From Cyanidioschyzon merolae (taxonomy: Eukaryota): a stretch of DNA of 64,000 nucleotides. Position numbers and translations under genes: made by a program. The notes under the pieces are model-generated. The model was given only the letters and a program-made list of their open reading frames with translations. It did not search any database and was not told where the DNA came from. Location of the stretch: NCBI GenBank assembly GCA_000091205.1, contig AP006488.2; one strand, 5' to 3'. Shown piece after piece: positions 31,941 through 43,571 of the stretch. Numbering within the stretch: the stretch's first letter is position 1; each line of letters starts with the position of its first letter.

Positions 31941-32546
31941 GTGGCAGTCTATCGTGAAACGCTGACCCAGAATGAACTGATGACGATTAATCAAAACGAG
32001 CAGGAAATCATTTATGAGTTTGAAAAGTACACCGGGTTAGCGCAGCAGGAGTACGACGACCAAACTGCACCCGGGAAAGATACAGACATATGCCAGGCGT
32101 GGTTAGAGAACCGCTGCGAACGGGGCGACCTCTGCCAGTACCGCCACTCTAGAAGCAAGTCACTGATTGTCTGCAAACACTGGTTACGTGGACTATGCAA
32201 AAAAGGTATAGAGTGCGAGTTTGTTCACCGTTTTGAGCTTGACAAGATGCCAGAGTGTTTCTTTTTCAGTCGCTACGGCGAGTGCACCAACGACGAGTGC
32301 ATGTACCGCCACGTTGTTGCCGACTCCCGACGTATGGAGTGTCCTTTCTATGCCCGTGGTTTCTGCAAACATGGACCGCGGTGTCGTTACAAGCACGTGC
32401 AGAAAGTAGCGTGTGCGAATTATTTGGGCGGTTTTTGTCCCAAGGGACCAGCGTGTCGCTTTGGACACGCCAAGTTTGAGATCGACCTGCAACAGGTGCT
32501 GCACGAGGCGGAACGATTCGGTGATCGCAGTGTTTCCTGGCGCTAG
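31941..32546 (+). CDS. CPSF4: Cleavage and polyadenylation specificity factor 30-kDa subunit (CPSF4/Yth1), five CCCH zinc fingers
   Basis: Five tandem C-x8-C-x5-C-x3-H fingers: 'CQAWLENRCERGDLCQYRH', 'CKHWLRGLCKKGIECEFVH', 'CFFFSRYGECTNDECMYRH', 'CPFYARGFCKHGPRCRYKH', 'CANYLGGFCPKGPACRFGH'. Spacing and flanks are as in CPSF30. Confidence 0.8.
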   Translation: MAVYRETLTQNELMTINQNEQEIIYEFEKYTGLAQQEYDDQTAPGKDTDICQAWLENRCERGDLCQYRHSRSKSLIVCKHWLRGLCKKGIECEFVHRFELDKMPECFFFSRYGECTNDECMYRHVVADSRRMECPFYARGFCKHGPRCRYKHVQKVACANYLGGFCPKGPACRFGHAKFEIDLQQVLHEAERFGDRSVSWR

Positions 32547-32573
32547 GCAGAAAAGTGCCGGGCGTGTGCGCAC

Positions 32574-35036
32574 TTACCGGTTCGTGTCGTCGGGGAGGTT
32601 TTGGCGGCTCTTGTCGCCAGCACCGCCACCAGCACCAGTGCTGCCGCCTGGTGTCTCTGCAGCAGCGCCCATGCTGGGGCTCAGCGAGGTTGCGTTCATG
32701 CCGCGCGGGGCACTCTTCCGCTCAGAACTGAGACCTGCGGCAGCTGCGGCTCGAGCGTCCGCAACCCCCAGACAAGTGCGCGCTACATTGTCCATCAAAC
32801 GATGGAGTTCCGGAGCAAGCTGGATAAAGTCACTCTGCCAGAAGCCGTACTCGGGATTCCGTACCAGTTCGAGAAAGACCACGAGGAGGCCCCATGGATG
32901 CGGTCTTGCTGCAAACAGGCGCTCAACAAGAACCCTGGCAATCAGTTCACGAATGCGAACGTGTCCGTGGCGAAACAGGTGCAGCAGCGACAGCGCAAAA
33001 AAGCTGGTATGCGCATTGGGGTAGCGAATCTGATTCGCCATCGCGCAAATGAGCAGGAAACGACCCTCGTCATCAAGCTCTTCTGCAAAATGCAGAAAGA
33101 CTGGAATAAAGCTTTCCATTGCCCGGGCCTGCACAGCGTACTGACCCACGTAGAGCACAGCGGCGTTCACAAGCGGCACCACATACCTGCCAAGTGGATC
33201 GTCAGCCCGCAAGCGCGCGGACAAGTTCAACATGAATCCAGTCGGGGCGCCCTGCTGCAGATATTCATCGAGCACCGCACGGAGTTCGCTTCGTCCCAAT
33301 ACTGAAGCTGGATTGGCGCTCAGACGTGGCACCGTATGTATCTTGGTTGCGCTTTCGATGGTCACCTCGGGGGAGAACGGGTCCGGCAGCCGCAACTTGG
33401 ACGGAAACGCACTCAACACCAGGTTTCGTAGCTGCACGCAATGCAGCGGTATGTAATCACAGAGAACCGGCGCCGATTCCACCAAAAGCTCTGGGAAATC
33501 ATGGAGGACTACTAAAAGAAGCCGCAACACACCACGATAAAAGAGGCGCACCGCTGATCTCAATGGCTGACCCTTGGGAACGGCGTTCAGAAAGGGTTGC
33601 AGAAACTCCAGCGCATCCACGAGTAGACGCTGAAAGGCAGGCCAACCGGCCCGTTGCCTACTCAGAAGCATCCTTGGCATTAGCAGCGGACACGAGACCA
33701 GTTCTAGCCACGAAAAAGCGAAGACTGGTGCGACAGCCGGCCGGATGGCGTGCAGCGCAACGCCAAACAAGGACAAAATCTGCGGGCTCGACATGCTCAA
33801 GTCCGGCGTCGAGCTGGCCGGGCCTTCGCTGCCCGCGACTTCGTTGCTAGCAGGGCGGTCATCGTCGGAAGCGTCTTTCGAGTATCGTTCGCGGTCGGTA
33901 TCGTGCAGCGCCCGAGCCAAACTGCGCAAAAACCAGGCAGGAGGTCGTGGGTCCCCAGCATTCCGTAGCAACTGCTGTACTGCCTCCTGCAGCGCAGCCT
34001 GCAGCAGCACCATCCGCTCCGAAAGATCAAGGCCGGGCACTTCGCGAACAAGTGCAACAACGAGAAGCGCTGCCTCATCGACAGCGGATGGTAGCACTTG
34101 ATGTCCGGGTTCCAGCGCGTAAGCAACGACCGCCGGTACCAGCGCATCTAGCTGGAAACGACTCAGTAAAGGAAGCAGCTCACTCAAGGAACTGCCCGAA
34201 TTGCGGATATGCTGCCAGGCGTCCATGAGATGCGCGATTTGTTCCCGTTCGGAGGTATTGCTCACGGCACCTGCGGTGCCGCATTTCTGCATCATCAATG
34301 GGGACGCCTGGAGCGACGTCCCTGGAACAGGCACGCCAGCAAGCGGCGGTGCTGGAGGCAGCATACCAGCCGCACCCGCACCCGCACCCGCCATCTCCAT
34401 AGGCGCAAGCGACGGCGCTGCCGCTGCACTACTACCACCGCCACCAGCACCGCCACCAGCGTTGCTAATGCCTCCAGCATAGGCTGGCCCGGGTGTCTGC
34501 GGAGCTGCTGCATCCAGCAGCCGCGAGTGCAGCACGTCAAAACCGCCCCGCTGCAGTGCGTGCAGGATATCGGGTGTGAGCTCGACGCCAACGCCCAGTG
34601 GATGATCCGCGTCCACGTTCGTGTTGTTGCCCTTCGCGCTCAGGGCTGCACACCAGGAAGCTACATCCGCATGGATTCGTGGCGCCGGATCGCTGAGTAG
34701 TTTGAGCAAAACAACGTGCGTTTCTACAAGGAGACGCACGCGCGCGTCAAGCAGCCACCGAAACACTTTCATCGCCAGCGATACACACAGCCGCTCCATA
34801 TCGCCAAACCGTCGCACCAGCGCAGCGATTTGCTGAAGAACGCGTTTCGTGCCGCCAGCCGCCGAGAGCGTCATCTCCGGATTGGCTTGCAGCTCCGCGT
34901 TCGCCACATTCATCAGCAGCGCGTAGGCCTGCATGAAGCGCTCTTCAGCGCTCACCATGCGCATCAGGGCATCAGGCGATTCCGTGAGGCCCCCCGGAGT
35001 CGACACCGCAGACGCTACTGCTGCTGGCGGTGGTGG

Positions 35037-35075
<39 letters not shown>

Positions 35076-38000
35076 GCCACTGGGGAAGCGCTGCGCAGCT
35101 GCTGGTCCGGCGCCTGTTGCATCTGTCGTCGCAACCGCTATGGGTATCGCCGAAGAGGTCACTGCAGTCGCCACTCCGCCAACACCCATTGGAGCGCTCG
35201 TCGATTGCCCCGCTACAGAGAGCGGCGCTACCGATGGAGGAGCAGAAGCAAACGCCGACGGATACCCAGTGGTCTTCACCACGTGATTCTCCATCGCTCC
35301 ATAATTCCACAGTGCCGTTGCCCGCATAGAGAATGCCTCATAGACGCTAGCCGGTGGTTGCAACAGCGGTATCGGCGGTTGTTGCATCACAGACACGAGT
35401 GACGGAGGCAGCTGCGGCATCCGCCGATGCGAACTCATTGCTGCAACCAGCATGTTGGCATCCAGCTCGCGTGTCGCCCGCTCCGCTGCAGCACGTTCAA
35501 TAATCGCACAAGCGGTATCCAGATTCTCCGCGACAATGCCCTGCACTGCTTGTTCGACGATCGTCTGATCACCACCGATATTAGAAAAAACTGATCTTAA
35601 ATGCCCTATCATGGAAATACGCAAGGGATCCTTGCACGTGATGTGCGCCAGGCCGCTGGCTAACGCCTGTGCCATGCGCTGCCCAGCCATGAGCGCTAGC
35701 TCTCCATCTGCTTGACTAAAGTCCTTGGCGACGAGCTCCCGTGTTGTTACCAGGGCGATGAGTGCGGAACGCTCGGTCACTGGTTGAATAAATTCGCGGA
35801 TTGCTCGATCAATAGCAACTGCTACAATTCTCTTGAGTACAGATGGATTCTGGAACAACTCGGGGTGTTCATTCACACTGATGTACTGGGAGAGGTTGGG
35901 AATCACGGTCACGCCGTCGGCAATCGCTGCGGTTTGTGCTGCAAGCTGGGCAGCTCTTGCAGCCGCCAGCGGAGGCGCCGTGGTCGCCAAGTGCAACGAG
36001 GAGCGCAGTGCGCCCAGATCGAAACTCGAACGATCGTCGGAGCGGTCGGCTCGTGTTGCGCTCGCGAGTGCTCCAGCCGGCGTCGAGGCTAGAGCTGCTG
36101 TTGCTGCACCTGCACCTGCACCTGCACCTGCTGCTGCTGTTGCTGCACCAGGCGGCCGTTCCGTACCGGTTGTCGCCAAGCCCGGTGTTGCCGCTGTCGG
36201 TAACGTCGATGGTGTCGCGCTGTGCGGCGTGAGCATCTCTCGACGTGAACTCGGACTCGCCAAGAGGTCGCTACCCTCTTTGAATGTGAAATCGGGGTTC
36301 TCACGACCCACGGGGCGGCTGCGAGAAGCGAGCAGGTGCGTGGGTTTCACGCTGTGGAGATCGATCTCCACGTTCTTGCACAGCACCTCGACCTCGAACT
36401 TCAAATTCAGTTTCAGATCGGAAAGCTCGTAGATCTCGCGAAGCAGTCCAAAGATGGCGGCGATCCAGGGGTTCGGCAAGCGGAAGATGCGCGACACTCG
36501 ACATGCGTCCAGTATCTTGCAAACAAATGGGATAACGGCAATGAGCAGCCCGGTGGTGTACGCCTGCAAGATAAGCGCTTTGAGGTCCAGATCGCGGCGA
36601 AGAATAGGTCGATTCCGAGCCAGCGTGAGCGAACCGATCCACATCCCGATGTTTTTGAGCACAGAGCGCTCCGCGGTACTGTAGCGGATCTTTTCCGAGT
36701 TCAGCAGAATGCGCACATTATCGTACGATTTGCGGAGAACCAGTGGTATCAGATGGGGTGCATGCTCCAGGAACATGACGTAGGTAGCCTGGAAGTTTGG
36801 CTCGATGGATGCGCGCTTCACCACAATGTACTGTGCAAGATAATCCCAGTACTCCTCGTGAACAATCTCGAAACATTCGCGCACCTTGCTGTCCATGTTC
36901 TCCGGAGAGAGGTTATTGAAAATAAAGTGCACCTTATCCTGAATTGATGTATCAGGAACGCTCATAGGTCGCTGCTCATCGCGCGATGCCCGCAGCAGTA
37001 CCTCTAAGGTGGTCGGTGTCGAGAGACCGAATGCAGCTACGGCACTCGAGGGTGACGCTGATGTCGAAGCACGCTCCGCAGCACCCATAATGTTTTTGTG
37101 CATATCCTGCATTCCTGCGCCGGCTACTGTTTCACCGCGAACTCTTGGGGAAGCACGCTCGGCGCTGGCGCTCGTCGACTTGGCGTCAGCGCCTGTGCTG
37201 AGCTCAACTGCCACTGGTTTCTTCGCGCCGCTGCGGAAAGCATCGGATTCATCTGGTGCCTCTCCGTGGAATGCCTCGTGGCCTTCGGCGCCCTCTACGA
37301 TCGCCAAGACCGATTGGAAAAACTCAGGAGCTGTTTGGCGCAGGTGTGGCATCTGAACGATGTATCTGGCGTATTGGGGCCACTCCGCAAGGCGATGCTG
37401 AAAAGTTCCCAGCGCCATGAGACCAAACTGGAACATCTTATTCGGCGGCGACTTTCGCAGTGATTCCAAAAGATACCGCATGATCAGCGTGAACATCAGG
37501 GAGTGTGGAACCACGATCTCATTTTTGATGAGCGCACCAAAAAGTTCCGCTGTTATGCGGAGCTCTCGATCCGGGTACCGACTGAAAAACCGATACTCAT
37601 CGAGCAGATTGTGAATGATGCAGCGCACCAGCATATCATCCGATTCGGTGTGTGAATTTTGAAGCTCCTGGAGCTCAGTTATCGCTTGCGCTATGGACGT
37701 TTTCTCCGCATAGATGCGTTGGAAAAACTGATTCGCTCGCTCCTCGATCTCTGGTGGAAAAGCATCCTGGCTATCTCCCTCTTTTGCCGAAGTTCGACAA
37801 AGCTGATCGAGCTCTTCGCGCATGCGCTCGTCCACGAGGCCGACGTTCTCTGTCAACACCTTGAGCATCGTAGCCGTAGCCTCAAGCGAAAAGAGCGCAG
37901 CTGCATCTCCCTGTGCCGCCCGCTCGCTCAGATAATTGAGGCATGCCCCAAAAAACTCTGATCCGTGATCATGGAGACGATCGCGTAGCCACTTGCGGAG

Positions 38001-39215
38001 ATTGATGTATTCTCGCCGTGAAGCCAGCAACGCCAGATCGATCGCGAACTCGTAAGGACGCACCACTGCCAATGTTTCAGGTACAGCCTTGAGGTCTTGA
38101 GCGACATCCAGGAGACGAGCAGCGGCTGCCCTGTCTTTCTGCCAACAGTGCATGGCTGCACGTATGAGCGCAGCTCGATCATGTTGCCACACGCGGCGAG
38201 CGACTGCCGCTGAATTTGGGTTCGTGCCTCCCATCAGAAAAGACGGAAGCAGCACGTCCAGTGCATGCTCCCGCAGCGCAGCACCGCCCATTGAGGTTGG
38301 CTTCGGCGTCTCCGCTAGAGCACATGCCAACACCTCGGGCGCCTCCTGAATGCCTTGCTCGAGGGCTGCCTGCGCCTTTGGACGCAGCGCTGTGTCACCG
38401 AAGCTCAGCAGGTATTCGAGGATCTGTACCACACCCCAGCGCCAGTACGCGTCATGCTCCTGAATAAGCTTCACCGTCGACTGATGAAGACCCTCGATCG
38501 GCGCAATTGGACACAGCCGATTCTCCAATGAAGAATCCGGTGTACAGGTGGGAAAGCTCAGCCGTTGTTCGCAGAGACCCCAGCACAAGAGCGATATGTG
38601 CGCTTCGACATTCGCATAGGATCGTTCCACCAAGACACAGGCTGGGATACCCGGTTGACCCGTAACTGTGACGTATACAGCATCAAGCAACTCAAGTTGT
38701 GTGTTCTCGGTTAAGATGATGACTTCATCCTCATCCTCGAGTAAACAGCGCAACACAGAATCAAAGTCTTCACGAATCGAAGCTGGAACCAACGAAGACA
38801 GCTCCGCTAGCGTGAACACAACGCATGCTTGACTGTCCTCCCAGTCAAACTTGCGCTCCGAAGCCGACGGTTCGTCGCCAGCAGCGACCTCCCCGGGACC
38901 TCGTCTTCCGGGAGCGTCGTTGGAGGCGCGCGCCTGTTCCCATAGAAGCGCGCACGCACTCAGCGGTAGTCGAAACCGATCCTCTGCTGTGAAACGGCGT
39001 CCAGAACGACATCCGCTTCGATTCCCGGTGACAATACCCGAAGCCTCGAGCCGCGGCATTCGTCCCGTGTCCTCATCAGAAGGTTCAGCGAGCTGCAAAA
39101 GCACCCGCAGGAACCGAGCAAACCACTTGAGGTCAACATCTGCCAGGAGCGGCCACAGCTCACCTAAACCTATTTGTCGTGTCGTACTCGAGTCCCCAAA
39201 GTTCATACCGTTCAA
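32574..39215 (-). CDS. CNOT1: CCR4-NOT transcription complex subunit 1 (CNOT1/Not1), 2213 aa, with poly-Ala/poly-Gln/poly-Gly insertions
   Basis: Size and architecture fit. Not1 C-terminal superfamily strings: 'LFYRGVLRLLLVVLHDFPELLVESAPVLCDYIPLHCVQLRNLVLSAFPSKLRLPDPFSPEVTIE', 'YPNAHTSFFALSLLHLF'. MIF4G-like and CAF1-binding region strings: 'VHFIFNNLSPENMDSKVRECFEIVHEEYWDYLAQYIVVKRASIEPNFQATYVMFLE'. Homopolymer runs are encoded by (GCT/GCA)n at about 35.03-35.09 kb and (GCACCT)n at about 36.1 kb. Confidence 0.85.
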
Positions 39216-40872
39216 ACTAACCGAACAGCGTTATACTTTCCTGCTTGAAACTTTCATTTCCTTGGAAACTGAGAGAGCGCGGTCATCCACGAAGAGCGGA
39301 TAGCGCGCGATGGGTTCCGCGTCATGCGCATGCGCGCTGCCCCGACGACACGCAGAGCGACCCGCGATGCCATGCCGATCAATCTGCGTCTCGGTGCCAC
39401 GTCTGTCCTGTCCAGCAATGTACAGAAGTGTAACAATATATAATTTCATCCCTTCATAGGTAGAAAAGAATCATCGTAGGATAGTTTCGTGCAAGGTCGA
39501 TGATTGAGCAGAGTCGACCTGCGCGTCGATCGTGGACGCATCGCGATCGATCTGCCCGCGAGGCTCGCAGGCGCTCGGCACACGCAAGACACTTGAATTG
39601 CGAGTGGGTACACCATCAGCGTACGCCAGCTTCTTCAAGCGAGGTTCATCGTGAGCGACCAGGGGCGCGTCTTGTGCATGCGCATGGACAGCATGGTCAC
39701 GAGCTATGCGCCGTTGAGTGAGTTTGCCTGCATCCGCTACCGTCGGTGCACATCGAGCTCACGTGAGACAGCGCGTGCATGACATCTGCAAATGCGATAC
39801 ACACGAACGGAGTACGCTTCTGTGCGGCACGTGCGCTAGAAGTGGACGCGCGGCCTTGTAGCAGCTCGATTCGCTTCGTGGCGAGGACGAGGCTTCTGTG
39901 AGTACAGAGCCATGGTGACTTGACGACGATTGCTGTTAGAGTTTGATTCGAACGGGAGATAAAACCCCATCTATATCTGAGGTTACGAACGGCATTCAGC
40001 TTGTTCGCCAGGGTATCTTATCAAATTCGAAAAATTTCTTTGTATGGTTTCGCCAGAGTATCGTAGTATGCTGAACCGTTCCATCTGTTCATGCCGTTCG
40101 ATTCGTGGTTGAACTCTTGTCGTACATTCATGGAGTCGATATTCGAAGTCGAGCACGAAATGCTCAGTTATGCATACGGAATTTCATGATTCTCGGCTTT
40201 CTTTTCGCCGTGGCTCCTTCGACTCTCTGTCGATGGAATTCTTTGCGCCACCGCAGTCAAAATGATTCTCAAGGCCCGAAAACAATGGTTTATTACATAA
40301 CGAATACCGTTATCCCGTTCCTGGATACGCGTCGCCGTGCTTCTCTCTTCCTTACATGCAACATGCTCAAATCGCGCATTCTTCAGATTTTCGAAACTTC
40401 CATTTCAAGGCAAATGATGGATGCAGCGATTCGCACACCACGATGGATGAAGGAAAGATATCGATCTCGTCGCTTGGCGACCTGTCCGCACGCTCATATC
40501 AAATCTACTGACCTTGTCAGGTCAAAAAATGAATTCATATGGAAGGACAAATTCCAATGTGTTTGTGGCTGTCAACTATACGGCATTCCACACCAGCATC
40601 ATCCATCTCACGGAAAATGCTTGCAGACGCTCCCGTCTTGTCTGTGTGCGTGGAGGAGGGCCACGGCCTCGGATTTGAGTCACCATTGCGATCGTATGAA
40701 ATGGAGAATGTGTCATAGGTTTACCCGAAGCGAGAAACGTCGGGTCGAAGTCGCGCGAACTCTCCTGCAGACTGGATTTTCCTTACTGCACTTGTATCAT
40801 TATAGACAGCATCAGGTTCGAAAAATCCTCCACCGAATGAAACATCGTGCGCTTGCACGCACAGCAGGTGAC

Positions 40873-41229
40873 CTACTGGCCTGGGGGATCGCCCAGAGCA
40901 TGCTGGAAATCGTAGTGAGCTGCCCAGCGCGCGCAAACGGAATAGGGCATAAAAGCGAGCCCCCTGTCTCCGTCAAAGGGATGTACACGGCGATGAGGCA
41001 AGCATTCACGCAGCACAGGGCAGCACCTGGACGATGAATCGTGGTGGACACATACGGGAACACCTGACCACAGCCGTATGGCAGCGTTGGAAATGCAGCA
41101 TCCCGACGTTATGCAAGGAATCTGATAATGGCAAGCGATGTATGGATTACAACTCTCGCATGTGCACATCCGCCGACCACAACAGCCGACAACATCGAAA
41201 TTCGAAGTTTTTAACGCTACGATCACCAT
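40873..41229 (-). mobile_element. TnpB/Fanzor-like C-terminal remnant, subtype 1 (second locus); pseudogene
   Basis: 'CTCESCNPYIACHYQIPCITSGCCISNAAIRLW' parallels 'CSRCEDRNE...RPYIECVDHCWKPRDRDSNAAITML' at 29.9-30.2 kb: Cys-rich zinc-finger remnant plus 'SNAAI' motif. Confidence 0.45.
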
Positions 41230-41439
41230 TCTTTGACTGCTGACAACTCATCCGGGTGCAACGGAGTCACTAGCATATTCGAATCCATAGATAAAAGAGA
41301 AAAATTGAACCAGTTGCCGAAAAACCCGCAAAGACTGGTTCTGATGACAGTAGTACGTGACCCGCAGGTTAGTGTTCATGCGCAAGGTTCAAAGCCTATT
41401 TCCGACATATTCAGAAAAAAGTTTCCCAGAAATCGTTGA

Positions 41440-41890
41440 TCAATCAAAAAATGCCCCATGACTATCGATCGTAAACGTATACCCACTCACAGGTCCCTCC
41501 TGGCCTTTGTCGACGAGCCATCTGCCATTGGCTTCAGCTTTTTCTTGTACACTATGAGTCTGAGAGGCTGCGCTACGAAGTTCGCTTGCCTCATCTCCGC
41601 GGTTGTCGTCGTCAGCACCGCGCATCGTCTGGTATTGATTGCGGCATTGACGTATCGATTCTGGAACTCCCTGCGTGCATTGCAGTCGGCTGGACGCACC
41701 AGTCCAAAGATTACTAAAACTGGTCCACTCAGTGTCGATTTCTTCCCGCCATCGTCCCGTCGGTCGTAAACATTTTTGTCGTCCAATTCCCAGTTTCTTC
41801 TTCTTCCTCGTTACTTGCACTTCTCCATTCTTTGATATGGAAAAAGAGGATTTCTTTCGTGTTTTTCCGGCAGTCGGTGACATCGGCCCT
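41440..41890 (-). mobile_element. TnpB/Fanzor-like C-terminal remnant, subtype 2 (second locus); pseudogene
   Basis: '...KKLGIGRQKC...WTSFSNLWTGASSRLQC' and 'VRPADCNARREFQNRYVNAAINTRRCAVL...NFVAQPLRL'. The 'vNAAiNi.RRc' string is a close match to the TnpB RuvC-III consensus, and the segment is homologous to 31330-31830. Confidence 0.55.
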
Positions 41891-42289
41891 CCGGGAACCT
41901 CGATTCCCTTATCCGCAATGTTCTTTATTTTTTATTTCTGAAAAAGAGCGTAATTTGAACGCGTCTGCTATAAACCGCGAAAACACGTTTCATGACACGC
42001 ACCTGGCGATTGAACCCAACTGAGGTAAAAGACGATGCTTTGCGGTGGCGTCAACGTCGATACCTCTCGTACGTTAGAGCTTCATGCAAATGATAAGAAA
42101 CGTGTTTCCCTTCAACGCCAAGACGCATATCGTGTTTCATGCCTTCCAGATGTGGAGCTGCACGTATCTGTCGCGCTACAGAAAAGGAACAGAAACGACC
42201 CATTAACTAGCATCTGGATAAAATTTCATTTCCCTCGCTATGGTAACCGTTGAACGAGAGAAAATCTTTCCATATTGCCGAGAGTTCAG

Positions 42290-42470
42290 CTTACAGGCAA
42301 AGGGTCCTGCGAGCCGAACGAGTCTCCCAGGCTCGTGGTTCATGTCCCTCTCTCTCAGTGGCAGGTGCTTCAATGCGATCTGAGCAACTCGTCTGCAACG
42401 CAATTCATTCTGGGACTGGGAGCGGGTATGCTCCGTCTAGGTGTCGCCCTGCTTTGCGGGAGTGTCCTAG
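42290..42470 (+). repeat. Short dispersed repeat, copy 2 (partner of 22690-22870)
   Basis: See copy 1; nucleotide alignment done by eye over ~150-180 bp. Confidence 0.55.
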
Positions 42471-43571
42471 CACACCGCTTCGCGCTGTCGCAGGAAGTAG
42501 GTCCGTTAGCGCAGCTTGCAGGCTCCCGGAATTATTATATACGCCATTCCCGTGTTACGCGAACCACGCCTCGAGCCGACGTCCGCTGTCGTATGGCAAC
42601 GCCGTTCTATCTGCGTGCTGCATCAGTACCAGAGGTGGGAGCGCAATGCCGGATGTTCACGGCGTGCATTCGGCGCACAATAGAACGTCTGAAGCGACCA
42701 GTATATATCCGGGAACAGGTCATGGAACTTGGAGGTAGGGTGCAGCATGATACACGCTTTGCTGAAAGCCATTATCCATCTTGCAGTCTGGGATCCATGG
42801 TCCATGGAAACGTTTCGTCATCGAAGAAAACGGCGCCGCCAGCGACGCTTCCGAACGAAGCACCCATAACGTTCCTCAATTTTCCAATAAAGTCCATAAA
42901 AATCCGATATCGTCTATACCCAATCATCCAAAGCGCCACCATCGTGCAGTGCGCGGGAAAGCGAGTCCCAAAGTGCATGTGCCGGCGGGTGCTGGCCTCC
43001 GATCTGTTCGTGTGCGTGCGGTGCGCCTCCGCAGCAGCACACCATGCAAGGCGGTGCCATCGAGTGTCCAATTTCGGCACCGGGCGGTGTCGTGTTCACC
43101 ATTTCGCGCGCCGTGCGTGTCGTGCAGTCGACTTCCGTACGACAGACGCTGCCTGACGAAACATACTGCACACGCACGATTTCGGTGACTGTCTGTCCTC
43201 CACGCGGTATTGCGTGGAATCGATGCCTAGATCTCCAGGGGTGTGCGTCGAGGAGCAGAGGACCGGAACCTACCCGGTGACTTTGAGTGCGTTGGACTGC
43301 GTGCTGCTAGGTGCACATTTCGCTGAAGAGGAGCGTAGACGGGCGCTGCGTTCCGCGGTTGGAGAGCTTGAGACCAGTCTTGCGCCGTGAGGCGAGTTGG
43401 TCTCTATCTGGGTAGAAGAGACTCTGGGGCGTGAGCTTTTAAGGGGAAGCTCTACGAAGGTGGCGCGCACTTGTGCGGAACGAGCGCATGCGCGACTTGA
43501 AGCAGTCTCGCTGAACTGGGTCTCAACGACAACGATAGCTCTTTGTTTATCAGTTGTTGTGATTTGGAAGA

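Noticed and set aside
33326-36432. Many 100-230-aa ORFs overlapping CNOT1 on the opposite strand or in other frames (e.g. 33326-33850, 34209-34700, 34716-35402, 35833-36432), and similar ones over PP2A-B56, AFG3 and Sec23
   Set aside because: They are low-complexity, Arg/Ala/Pro-rich translations typical of alternative frames in GC-rich coding DNA; no motifs; each is fully embedded in a well-supported gene.
40105-41037. 310-aa ORF on the plus strand
   Set aside because: It lies in a low-GC region, overlaps the antisense of a TnpB-like remnant and has no recognisable motif; most likely a chance ORF across transposon debris.
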